The notes below the pieces were generated by a model. The model was not told the origin of the DNA, searched no databases, and saw only the letters and a program-made list of their open reading frames with translations. This document shows, piece after piece, positions 48,037 to 57,163 of a stretch of 58,980 nt of DNA (within the stretch, counting starts at the first letter, position 1; every line of letters starts with the position of its first letter). Origin of the DNA: a virus (Duplodnaviria > Caudoviricetes). The position numbers and the translations under genes were made by a program. Where the stretch lies: positions 1 through 58,980 of IMG/VR virus record IMGVR_UViG_3300046804_001768, one strand, 5' to 3'.

Positions 48037-48399
48037 TTACTTTAAGAACTTCAACTTGTAAATAGTTGATGAGATTAATCCAGAAATTTCATCAACAGTA
48101 TTGTTGAGTTCACCATCTTGTGGAAGTTGACCACGGGTTTCGTCTACAAACTTTTGAAGCCCAGTAAAGTAGCTCACGGTAGAATCATCTTCAAGGATGG
48201 TGTTACTTGGCTTATATCCCTTAAGAATACCATAACGACCTTGATATGATTCTACATAAGTGTCAACCAAGTCCACGATATCTTCATAATACCCTTGCAA
48301 TGCCTTATGTTGTGCATAAGATGGAGTTTGGAGATGGAAGATATGTGCTTGTTCTCTACTGGAAAGGAGAATAGAGATAAACTTGACGACTGGTGACAT
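48037..48399 (-). CDS. Ferritin/Dps-like four-helix protein
   Basis: AHIFHLQT.SYAQHKAL..YY......D...E.YQG; likely start MSPVVK. Confidence 0.7.
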   Translation of the reverse strand: MSPVVKFISILLSSREQAHIFHLQTPSYAQHKALQGYYEDIVDLVDTYVESYQGRYGILKGYKPSNTILEDDSTVSYFTGLQKFVDETRGQLPQDGELNNTVDEISGLISSTIYKLKFLK

Positions 48400-48401
48400 G
48401 A

Positions 48402-49361
48402 TTACTTTCCTTCCTTCTTTGGATGATATCCCTTCTTCTTCATCCAGTGTGCAAGTGCCCAAGGATTATCAATTTCCTTGTGCTTCTTCATAGCGAGAAC
48501 CGTCTTTTCCCAACCTTCAGGTGCTACTTCACTGACTGATTCTGCCATTGCTGCCATATCTTGGTCAACTGGCTTATCGGTCTTTTCTTCTTGACCGTAT
48601 TCGTGATAACTCGTATTTGCTTGGTCTAAATTATTTTCTGCAACTGCGATGTGGTCTTGAATCCATGCTGGAATGTCCTTTTCTTCCATTCCAATCTTAC
48701 CCTTTAATTCAGTTGCATGACGGATGATAGAATCAAGGGTTTTGGTTGCCATTGATACTTCATGGTCTTCGTTTTCCTTACCTTCCTTTTGCATTGCCTT
48801 ACCGATTGCATCACGACGATTCTTTAAATACTTGTCGGATGAATCTACGTCCCCATCATTATCAATGTCAGCATCTTCTTGACCAACTGGGTCTAATGCT
48901 TCCAACATTCCGTCAATCTTTGCAAGTTGTTCTTCGGTAAGGTTAGCTTCTTCCTTTAACTTCTTTAAGGTCATTGCGAGACGAGCACGCTTTCCAAGCT
49001 TACCACCCTTTTCTGCCGCTGCCTTAAGGTCAGCTGCTGGAATCTTTTCTCCAGCTGGGACACCGAGTTGCTTATGGAGTGCACCTGGCTTTTCGATTGC
49101 CTTTTGAATCCACTTTTCTTCTTCTTTAAGTGAACCCACGGCTGGTAGTTCAACTAATCCCATCAACTTAATCATATTGTTCTCCATTTTTGCAGCTGGT
49201 ACTTGTAATGGTGTTTTGGTTTTACGTGCTTGCATATAACGCTTAAACAAATCTCTTTTTGCTTTCAGATACTTGTCGCTAATATCTACCTTTCCATCGT
49301 TATTAATATCCGAATCTTCTCCACCAATTGGGTCTTTTCGGATATGACTATGCTTGGACAT
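48402..49361 (-). CDS. Multi-module head-region protein with two EF-hand-like DxDNDG.VD repeats
   Basis: DPIGGEDSDINNDGKVDISDKYLK and DPVGQEDADIDNDGDVDSSDKYLK; likely start MSKHSH. Confidence 0.65.
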   Translation of the reverse strand: MSKHSHIRKDPIGGEDSDINNDGKVDISDKYLKAKRDLFKRYMQARKTKTPLQVPAAKMENNMIKLMGLVELPAVGSLKEEEKWIQKAIEKPGALHKQLGVPAGEKIPAADLKAAAEKGGKLGKRARLAMTLKKLKEEANLTEEQLAKIDGMLEALDPVGQEDADIDNDGDVDSSDKYLKNRRDAIGKAMQKEGKENEDHEVSMATKTLDSIIRHATELKGKIGMEEKDIPAWIQDHIAVAENNLDQANTSYHEYGQEEKTDKPVDQDMAAMAESVSEVAPEGWEKTVLAMKKHKEIDNPWALAHWMKKKGYHPKKEGK

Positions 49362-49362
49362 A

Positions 49363-49665
49363 TTACTTACTTCTAAGTGCTGCGGCGGATGCTGCTGCCC
49401 AAAGGTAATCTTTCCAGTCGTCACCATACTTTTTACGGAACTTACTGGTAGTTTTTTCACTTGCTAACATTTCTCGACCAATCTTTCTACGCTTTTCAAC
49501 TTGACTTTTTGTCATTTTACGAGCGCCTTTTCTGTTGTATGGTTGGGGAACTGACTTTTCCTCAATACACCCCTCTCCTTCGCAAATAGAATCTTGGTCA
49601 AGTCGTTCCTTAATAACGGCTTGGAGTTCTTCACGAATTATACGACGAATATCTTCTGCCTTCAT
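49363..49665 (-). CDS. Small basic protein
   Basis: IRRIIREEL leader, KKYGDDWKDYLWA motif, and an upstream TACTTATA motif. Confidence 0.65.
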   Translation of the reverse strand: MKAEDIRRIIREELQAVIKERLDQDSICEGEGCIEEKSVPQPYNRKGARKMTKSQVEKRRKIGREMLASEKTTSKFRKKYGDDWKDYLWAAASAAALRSK

Positions 49666-49704
49666 AATGATTCTCGAAAAATATTGTATAAAATGACACT
49701 ACTA

Positions 49705-49712
49705 TATAAGTA
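49705..49712 (-). promoter_or_regulatory. Putative late promoter motif TACTTATA
   Basis: Upstream of the small-protein/portal operon. Confidence 0.55.
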
Positions 49713-49720
49713 TAATGTAT

Positions 49721-51304
49721 TTACAATAACCACCGTAAATTTTCCTTAAAATCTCCAATTTGCATTTCGTATGGGTTATGATTTCCCATCTTATCTGTAT
49801 ACACGGTACCGACCACACTGTACTTGGCTTTATCTAATGCTAATTTAGTCAATTCTATACCCTCTTGACGTAACCGAAGGGCGGTATCCCGTACCCAGAG
49901 TCCAATACACAACGCGAGTACCAAATCGTCATTGTACCCACCTAACGCTTCTGGGCGACCATTTTTCCAGATAAACGTCTCCAGTTCCGCAATCATCCGA
50001 CTTGACCGAATAGTAAATGAATTATCCAACATATATTCTTTCAATCTGGCGATAATCAATGGACGAGTCCGTTGGGAAATCATAAATCCAGGTACCATAT
50101 TTCGTTCTTCTTTGTAGAACTTTCCACTCATCTGATGTTCTACGTCCACATATTGTAAGTCTTTGGACATATAAAATAGATTTTTGTACCCACGGTCAAT
50201 AATCTGTTGGATTGCGTTCCACCCGATAGAACTATTATCGGGGATGAGAAGAGCATCATTGTACTGGGTCGCAATAGAAACTAACATATTTCCGAACTGC
50301 TTAGTTTCAATTTTCCCCTTATATTCTGCAACTTGGGTAGATGATTCTACATCAATTACGTGGAATGTTGAATAGTCCTCACCGTCTCCACGGGAAACGT
50401 CCGCACAGACAATGTAGGTCTTTGACGGATGCGGATATTCCCATACCCACAGATTTCCGTCAAATCCTTCCTTTGATATAGGTTCTTGGACATATGTTTT
50501 CTTATAGAATTCCATTATTTCTGCAGGAATAACCGTATTACCCGAGAAGATAAATGATGCATCATGTTCTTGAATTGCTTGAATTTCACCCATCAATTCG
50601 GTCTGACGGTCACGCCAAGCTTGGTCACGTTCTGGATGTACTCTCCAATCCAGTAGAATTGGATTAAAGTTGTTCACCTTTGTTTCTGCTTGTTGCCACA
50701 TCTTGTGGAAGAAGTTACCCACGCCATTAGGAGTAGACAAAAGAATTGCTTTACCACCCGTAGATAACGTACTAGATGCTGCCGTCCAAATAATGTCCGC
50801 GTCATCAATGAACGCCGCTTCGTCAAGAATCAGAAGTGATAGTGCTTCAGAACGACCGGCATCTGGACTTGATGCAACAGCCTTAATCTGTGACCCATTA
50901 GAAAATTGTAGAGAAAGTTTATTATCTGTTATTACGTTGCCCCGCAACCATACAGGGAGATTTTGATGCATGAACTTCACTTTCGTGACCAAGTTCTTTG
51001 CAGTTTCTTGTTTAGTTGCGATAACAAGGATGTTTTTATCTTTATGAAATAACATTAACCACAGAGAATATCCTGCGACCAATGTAGAAATACCAATCTG
51101 ACGACCTTTTAATACGATATTATAATCGTTGTGTTCAAAATCTTTAAGTGCATCTTTTTGATAATGGTATAAATCAAACAACACCCGACCACGAATCGGG
51201 TGTTGAATATACGAGTATTTACTCAAAAAGTATGCAGGGTCAACCGCACACTTCTTAAACTCTTCTTTGATTTTGTCACGTAACTGCTGTGCTGTACCGG
51301 CCAT
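49721..51304 (-). CDS. Terminase large subunit (T4 gp17-like)
   Basis: KGRQIGIST (Walker A), LILDEAAF (Walker B), STPNG, ADVSRGDGEDYS and NDDLVLAL. Confidence 0.95.
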   Translation of the reverse strand: MAGTAQQLRDKIKEEFKKCAVDPAYFLSKYSYIQHPIRGRVLFDLYHYQKDALKDFEHNDYNIVLKGRQIGISTLVAGYSLWLMLFHKDKNILVIATKQETAKNLVTKVKFMHQNLPVWLRGNVITDNKLSLQFSNGSQIKAVASSPDAGRSEALSLLILDEAAFIDDADIIWTAASSTLSTGGKAILLSTPNGVGNFFHKMWQQAETKVNNFNPILLDWRVHPERDQAWRDRQTELMGEIQAIQEHDASFIFSGNTVIPAEIMEFYKKTYVQEPISKEGFDGNLWVWEYPHPSKTYIVCADVSRGDGEDYSTFHVIDVESSTQVAEYKGKIETKQFGNMLVSIATQYNDALLIPDNSSIGWNAIQQIIDRGYKNLFYMSKDLQYVDVEHQMSGKFYKEERNMVPGFMISQRTRPLIIARLKEYMLDNSFTIRSSRMIAELETFIWKNGRPEALGGYNDDLVLALCIGLWVRDTALRLRQEGIELTKLALDKAKYSVVGTVYTDKMGNHNPYEMQIGDFKENLRWLL

Positions 51305-51312
51305 AAAACCTC

Positions 51313-51981
51313 TTACTTGATTACAAGGACTCCAGCCCCAATACCCATTGCTAATCCCACTGCAAATGATGCTTTTCTACTTGGTAACTTGATACCAAAC
51401 ATGCGGTTAGGATTCTTTGGTGCGGGTGGAATTAAATTGATTACTGCTTGGAGACTATCACCACGCATCATTGCTAACTTTAATGCATCATCTTTCTTCC
51501 CCAATGCACTTTCAAGTTCAGTTACTTGTGTTGATTGTAAAGTAATAGTTTCTTTTTGTTTTGCGATAATAGAGTCTTTAAGTGGTAAGACTTGACGAGC
51601 CAATTCTAATGTGTCGAGGAGTGTTTCCTTCATCACTTCTGCTCGTTCTTCCATACTCAATGTTTCATTCTTTAAAGAATTAACTTGACGACCCAATATT
51701 TTTGCTCGACTTTCTGCTGCTCTAGATTCGTTATCTGCGATAACTACTTCTTGTGCTAAACTATCCGCAAGTTCCGTAGCGGCTTCTGCCTTCGCTTGGA
51801 ATACCTTGTATTCTGCGATATACTTGTCCATTTCATCTTCTTGCTTGTTTAGCTTGAGCATCATTACCAACCCAAGTACTCCGGCAGCTACCAATGCAAT
51901 TTTAGCTAACGGAAGTACGGCTGTGATGGTTTCAGCTATTAGCTTCGTCCGTTCCAGTAACGATTTCGTTTTTCTCTTCAT
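51313..51981 (-). CDS. Membrane-anchored coiled-coil protein (possible spanin-like lysis protein)
   Basis: Hydrophobic segments at both termini flank a long coiled coil. A GGAG RBS precedes MKRKTK. The function is inferred. Confidence 0.45.
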   Translation of the reverse strand: MKRKTKSLLERTKLIAETITAVLPLAKIALVAAGVLGLVMMLKLNKQEDEMDKYIAEYKVFQAKAEAATELADSLAQEVVIADNESRAAESRAKILGRQVNSLKNETLSMEERAEVMKETLLDTLELARQVLPLKDSIIAKQKETITLQSTQVTELESALGKKDDALKLAMMRGDSLQAVINLIPPAPKNPNRMFGIKLPSRKASFAVGLAMGIGAGVLVIK

Positions 51982-52576
51982 TTTCTTCTCCAGTTCCATA
52001 TGTTTCAATGGTTTCTGCTAGCCATTCTTTTAATTGAGCTATATCTTTTCTAAGGTCTGCCTTAACTTTTTCAATATCTACGTCCCACTTTTCAATCATT
52101 AAGATTTTAGTTTCGTCAGCATTAACGAATTCTGGTTTGGTAATCGTGTCGTGATAATCTTGGAGTTCTGCAATTTTATCTGTTACTTCTGCAATATAAT
52201 TGCGTAACATTACCGTCTGTTCGTACTTTTTCCAGGCTTCTTCCCCTTGAGCACGAATCTTCATTTCTTCCTTGATATTACAATCCATGCAGTGACCACG
52301 GATACGCCAAAACTTAATGTCAAATCGATGGTTCATCGGTTTACTACATTTTGGACACCACCAAGGGGTTTTAGCCGAGTCCTGCTTTGTAACAGATTGG
52401 CGGATACCATTTTTTATAGTCCACTTTTTTCCATCGACATCATACCACTCGTCACCTTCCTTACGGGTAGGTTCTGGGTCACCTCTCCAACCAAATACTA
52501 ATCTGTTACCTTCCTTACCAACCTTTTCAGCAACCTTTCTGCGTACATCTGCTAATGCCTTTTCATCTTTAAACAT
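51932..52576 (-). CDS. Zn-finger hypothetical protein
   Basis: CPKC...CMDC and W..DGKKW.IKNGI motifs. Confidence 0.65.
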   Translation of the reverse strand: MFKDEKALADVRRKVAEKVGKEGNRLVFGWRGDPEPTRKEGDEWYDVDGKKWTIKNGIRQSVTKQDSAKTPWWCPKCSKPMNHRFDIKFWRIRGHCMDCNIKEEMKIRAQGEEAWKKYEQTVMLRNYIAEVTDKIAELQDYHDTITKPEFVNADETKILMIEKWDVDIEKVKADLRKDIAQLKEWLAETIETYGTGEENEEKNEIVTGTDEANS

Positions 52577-52583
52577 AGAAACC

Positions 52584-55319
52584 TCATTTCTTTGCGAATT
52601 GTTTTGCTCGTTCTAAACTACCGAAATATCCAATCTTACTTTGACTATTCTTAGCTCCAAACCGTCCACTAGGTGTTTGCCACGTTTGACCCGGTTTGTA
52701 TGCTTGTCTATCTTTTTCAATATCAACGTCTGCGGGCTTTTTCTTCATCTTCTTTGGTGCTTCTGGTGCTGCTTTTGGTTCCGCAGGCTTCTCTTTATAC
52801 GTATCAGTGACCTTTCTCTCTTCTTCTGCTTTTGTCGTGGTTTTGACAATTTTATTGAAGATATCTTGGTCAAACTTTCCATATACCTTGGTAAAGATTT
52901 CCTGCTTAGCTCTATCCGTGATATTATCGTCACCAAAGATAGCACGAAGTTGAGTACCACTAATATTCTTTCCGTTGACCGATAATTGCATTTCTGGTGC
53001 GATGACAAAGTAGCCTTGTTCTTTATATCCCTTCTTATCGGTTACGTCATCAAAGTTCTTAAAGTATTTTCCACCCAAGCGTTCTGCGTCCTTTTGACTG
53101 ACCGCAGTAACGTAAGTGGTATCATCTGGCATCTTTTGTAAGATTTCAGCCGGAGCGTATGGATTCTTCACTTGTACTACTTTGTCCGCAGGAATCCCGA
53201 ACATTTGTGTCATAATCTCTTCTTTATCCTTGAATCGGAATGGAGATTTGATTGCTTCTGTCTTGTCGCTTGATGCGATATATACGTTATCCACACCGAA
53301 TCGGTCTACTAAGTTCTTATAAACACTATAATGACCCGAATGGAATGGTTGGAATCGACCAGTGAAGATGGCGATGGTTTTCTTTGGACCAGTTTCTTTT
53401 GGTGCTTCTTCTGGTACCTCGACCGCTTTACCTTTATCAAACTTAAGTGTTCCTAAAATTTGGTTGACGGGAGCGAATGCCCCAGTAAACTTATATGGCT
53501 TTCCATTGTAAATGAATACCAATCCTTCAGTTGGAACTACCTTGTCTATACCGATGTTTTCTAGGCGTTCAACCTGTTTTTGAAGAACGGCTAGTTTATT
53601 TCTATCGTCGGTGTTTCTGAGTTCTTTAATAGTATCCAATACTTCCTTCTTTAATTGAGCTGCCATTTCTGGGTTATTGGCAGAAAGGAAATTGGTAACT
53701 CGACGAAGTGATTGTGCTCCGACTTGAAGAAATACACTTTCCAGCGGACGAGCAACTTCACGTTGAGCATCCTTTAATTGTTCTACTTCAAATGTACGGA
53801 AGAACTTTTTCTTGTTAGGGTCTTCGATATCTTTGACACCGAACTTCTTTTCACCCATAGCCCATCGACTGATAAGACCTTCACGTTCTTGCTTAGTCCA
53901 TTCGACATCCATATTATCAATTTCACGGGACCACCACGCTCTCTTGTAATCTTCGATGGTATCGTTATCATTTAAACCATATTGTTTTTCTAAACGATTA
54001 ACCATAGTACCGTACTTTTGCATGAGCTTCTTATTTTCAGCAGTTTCTGCATCGCTGAAAGCTATACTCTTTGGACCGGAAATACCGAATGTTTTTTGTT
54101 GTTGTGCGTTCACCTTTGTGATTTGATCGGCTAACGTCTTTCCATCATCAATTGAACGACCCACTTCGTTACCATCCTTATCGTAATCTACGGTACCGTG
54201 AAATACTAATACGGACTTATCGTAAGGAATGACGTTCTTGGTATCTGGAAAGACGATTTCAACATTCATAAACTTTCCACCTTCTTTGAACATTTCACTT
54301 CGTTGTTCCGGTGGGAGGGCGTCTATGGCACGTTGTAAATCTTCTGCGGCTCCAGTAAATGCTTTTTCAATGTTACCACGACCCGCAAACATTTGACGAA
54401 TTCCGGCAACGTCAAGAGCGTTCTTACCTTTATCCTTGACTTGTCCCTTGTTACGAGCGAAATATACTTGTCCGTCCTTGACCGTAAACATAATGTTTTG
54501 ACCGTCAAGTTTTTCGGTGACCGGTGCTTCAGCATCAAGTTGTCCAACTAATCCACGACGAATCATTTCCTTGACATCCTTGAACGTCAACGAATCATCT
54601 TCGTATGGATGTGCCATATGTCCTGCAGCACCACCTTCGTTGATAAGAATCCAATTACTATGTGGTACATTTCCTTCTAATAATTCTTCAAGGTATACAT
54701 AATTTTCGTTTTTCTTATCTCGTCCGTGGTCCTTCTTTGCTAAACGCCACGTACCACCATTCGGTCCATTTGGATGGTGGACATCGTGATTATTCATCTT
54801 TTTCTTTCCATACTTCTTAACTGCCTTACGACGGTCACGGTTGCGAGCTACACGGTCCTTGACAGTATCCTTCAAATACTTACGAACTTTTTCTGGATGG
54901 CGACGATAGTATCGACGAACGCGTTCCGTACTGGAATCTGCTTCATTTGTTAATTCTTCGTCATCGTCTGGACCAATCGAATTTGGATATACTAATCCCG
55001 TTCCTTGAATCTCACCGACTGCACCAGCATCGCCACCGTCTGCACCGGCATCTGCCCCAGAATCACCAGTATCTCCGCCATCGGATGGAGGAGTAGGTTC
55101 TGGTTTGGTCATATATCTGTCCCAGACAGGGGCATAATGTATTCCCCAAATCTTGGCTTGCTTACATTTTTTTCTAATTTTATTACCTGAATCAGTTGGA
55201 TAAATTGTACACTGCTTTCGTTTCTTTTCATCCAACGCAGAGACTCTGTGATTGAATTCACGAATTTCTGCTTGAATTTCATCAAGCTGTTCAAATAAAA
55301 TATCTACTGGTGATTTCAT
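52584..55319 (-). CDS. Multidomain protein: HNH-like remnant + KxDG ligase-type domain + HIGH-family cytidylyltransferase-like domain
   Basis: DVHHPNG; GGAAGHMAHP...TEKLDGQN...EGLVF...YKFTG; IFTGRFQPFHSGH...ISGTQLR. Confidence 0.7.
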   Translation of the reverse strand: MKSPVDILFEQLDEIQAEIREFNHRVSALDEKKRKQCTIYPTDSGNKIRKKCKQAKIWGIHYAPVWDRYMTKPEPTPPSDGGDTGDSGADAGADGGDAGAVGEIQGTGLVYPNSIGPDDDEELTNEADSSTERVRRYYRRHPEKVRKYLKDTVKDRVARNRDRRKAVKKYGKKKMNNHDVHHPNGPNGGTWRLAKKDHGRDKKNENYVYLEELLEGNVPHSNWILINEGGAAGHMAHPYEDDSLTFKDVKEMIRRGLVGQLDAEAPVTEKLDGQNIMFTVKDGQVYFARNKGQVKDKGKNALDVAGIRQMFAGRGNIEKAFTGAAEDLQRAIDALPPEQRSEMFKEGGKFMNVEIVFPDTKNVIPYDKSVLVFHGTVDYDKDGNEVGRSIDDGKTLADQITKVNAQQQKTFGISGPKSIAFSDAETAENKKLMQKYGTMVNRLEKQYGLNDNDTIEDYKRAWWSREIDNMDVEWTKQEREGLISRWAMGEKKFGVKDIEDPNKKKFFRTFEVEQLKDAQREVARPLESVFLQVGAQSLRRVTNFLSANNPEMAAQLKKEVLDTIKELRNTDDRNKLAVLQKQVERLENIGIDKVVPTEGLVFIYNGKPYKFTGAFAPVNQILGTLKFDKGKAVEVPEEAPKETGPKKTIAIFTGRFQPFHSGHYSVYKNLVDRFGVDNVYIASSDKTEAIKSPFRFKDKEEIMTQMFGIPADKVVQVKNPYAPAEILQKMPDDTTYVTAVSQKDAERLGGKYFKNFDDVTDKKGYKEQGYFVIAPEMQLSVNGKNISGTQLRAIFGDDNITDRAKQEIFTKVYGKFDQDIFNKIVKTTTKAEEERKVTDTYKEKPAEPKAAPEAPKKMKKKPADVDIEKDRQAYKPGQTWQTPSGRFGAKNSQSKIGYFGSLERAKQFAKK

Positions 55320-57127
55320 GGTAGCGTACCTAAGTCAATATTTGACCCAGTAAAGAATGTTGGTGTCGATATCGCCGCAACATCAGTTGAGTTGTTATTG
55401 ATATCAAAGAACTCAATCTTGTGTTCCAAATAATCGTTAAAATATTCGGTATTTGGTACTAAGAATTGTGTTTCGTCTGGTGAAAATAGTTTGTCAGACG
55501 CAGGTTTGATTGAAATATTTGCAAAATTCCAGAACCCGTTAGATATAACAAATCGTAACGCAACTTTACCAGAAGTAGCTAACGCCGGAGTAAAGTTGAA
55601 GTTTTGTTGTTGATACCATTGAATCGGACTATTATTTACTACTTTTAATTGCCCAATTTTTTGTCCTAATGGGTCATTACTTACAAGTGCTGACCCACTA
55701 ACACCTATAATATAAATATCGACAATCGGAGTCTTACCCGTTAAAGTTACAGATCCTGACGATTGTTTATAATACGCATCGAGTGCTAGGGTATATTCTG
55801 TAGTAGGAAATACTGTAATGTCTCGTCTGTTGCCGATAAAATACCCACTTTCCGATAGTTGTCCACTATAGGAATTATTATTTATCGTCGGTACAGATGC
55901 GGATACGGAACTTAATAAAATTTCATCACCAACCGACAAGGTGAATGGGGTAACCGAAACCGATGAATCATAATATGCCGTTGACCCCGATACAGTATAA
56001 ACTGCATTAGAACTGGTTTCCAATCTATCAGAATACCAGTTCGCTGAAGCTGTTGGTGACAATGTAAAATTACCGATTGCGATATCGCCACGGATGGAAC
56101 CCGTCACCAAAAGTTCTTCTGTTCCGACAGAAACGTTTGCTACTAACTTATAATCAGATATATTAGTTGATACTTTACTATATACCTTTGCTTTATTAAT
56201 TTCACCGCTGACTGTTCTAAGATTTGCTACTCGTAACTTGGCGTAAGAAATTGGAATATTTACATTTATAATATTCATCTTACTATAATTAATTTTTGCT
56301 GACGATGTAATGGTCGTGGTTACAGCCGATATCGGCGTGGTATAACTACCACTTGTCAAATATAACTTATCAATAGTTCTACCATCGCTGGTTTGTATCA
56401 AATATCCATCACTAAATGCTGTAGTGGAATTTAAAATACTAGTGATTGGTAAATACATACTTGCACTAACATTATCTATTAGTAATGAACCAGTGATGTA
56501 TGAGTTAGTTAAATCGGCTGAGAATGTGGTTGGACTGACAGCGGATATTAAATATCCCACTTGAATACTAGAATATAATGTCGGTGTTAAACTTGCAGTA
56601 AATGGAATACTAGCAGTTGTAAATGACGAAGTATCTACATTATATAGTCTACGTTCTTCGGATAGTACCACGGGATTATCTAAAAATACTATTTGTGAAG
56701 AATTTCGGAGGTTATGTTCAATGAGAAGTTTACCTACCCACCGAACATTATACTTGTTTTGCCAATCCGGTGGAATAGGACGACCATCAATCGTGGAAAC
56801 AGCCGTACCCATAATGATGACAGTCGCAGGACCAACTGCTGTATTTTCGTTAATTTCCACCGATACCATTCTTGCATCACCCTGGATGTATTTTGGTACA
56901 GGGTTATAGAAAACTGGTTGGTTATTTGAGTCTAAAATTTCTATCTGAATTGATGAACCATTTTGTAAAACCGATGACCCACCTATAAAAAACGAATTTC
57001 TGCCGCCAGTAAAGTACTGTGGCAGATTCGTTACTTGGAAATATACTGAGTTTGGTGTATTGTCCTCAATATATACGTCATATGATGCTAGATTTTTTGC
57101 TTGTATCGTATTTCTAGTCTTTGACAT
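55316..57127 (-). CDS. Ser/Thr-rich putative virion structural protein
   Basis: 603 aa, beta-rich with many TGS/SGS/SAS motifs, and an upstream TATTTATA. Confidence 0.55.
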   Translation of the reverse strand: MSKTRNTIQAKNLASYDVYIEDNTPNSVYFQVTNLPQYFTGGRNSFFIGGSSVLQNGSSIQIEILDSNNQPVFYNPVPKYIQGDARMVSVEINENTAVGPATVIIMGTAVSTIDGRPIPPDWQNKYNVRWVGKLLIEHNLRNSSQIVFLDNPVVLSEERRLYNVDTSSFTTASIPFTASLTPTLYSSIQVGYLISAVSPTTFSADLTNSYITGSLLIDNVSASMYLPITSILNSTTAFSDGYLIQTSDGRTIDKLYLTSGSYTTPISAVTTTITSSAKINYSKMNIINVNIPISYAKLRVANLRTVSGEINKAKVYSKVSTNISDYKLVANVSVGTEELLVTGSIRGDIAIGNFTLSPTASANWYSDRLETSSNAVYTVSGSTAYYDSSVSVTPFTLSVGDEILLSSVSASVPTINNNSYSGQLSESGYFIGNRRDITVFPTTEYTLALDAYYKQSSGSVTLTGKTPIVDIYIIGVSGSALVSNDPLGQKIGQLKVVNNSPIQWYQQQNFNFTPALATSGKVALRFVISNGFWNFANISIKPASDKLFSPDETQFLVPNTEYFNDYLEHKIEFFDINNNSTDVAAISTPTFFTGSNIDLGTLP

Positions 57128-57149
57128 AGGTTCTCGTGTAAAGTCTCAA

Positions 57150-57157
57150 TATAAATA
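57150..57157 (-). promoter_or_regulatory. Putative late promoter motif TATTTATA
   Basis: About 23 bp upstream of the 603-aa gene. Confidence 0.6.
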
Positions 57158-57163
57158 GTTGAT

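Noticed and set aside
44176-51304. Inteins or introns in portal or terminase
   Set aside because: Lengths and motif spacing are normal, with no intein or homing endonuclease motifs.
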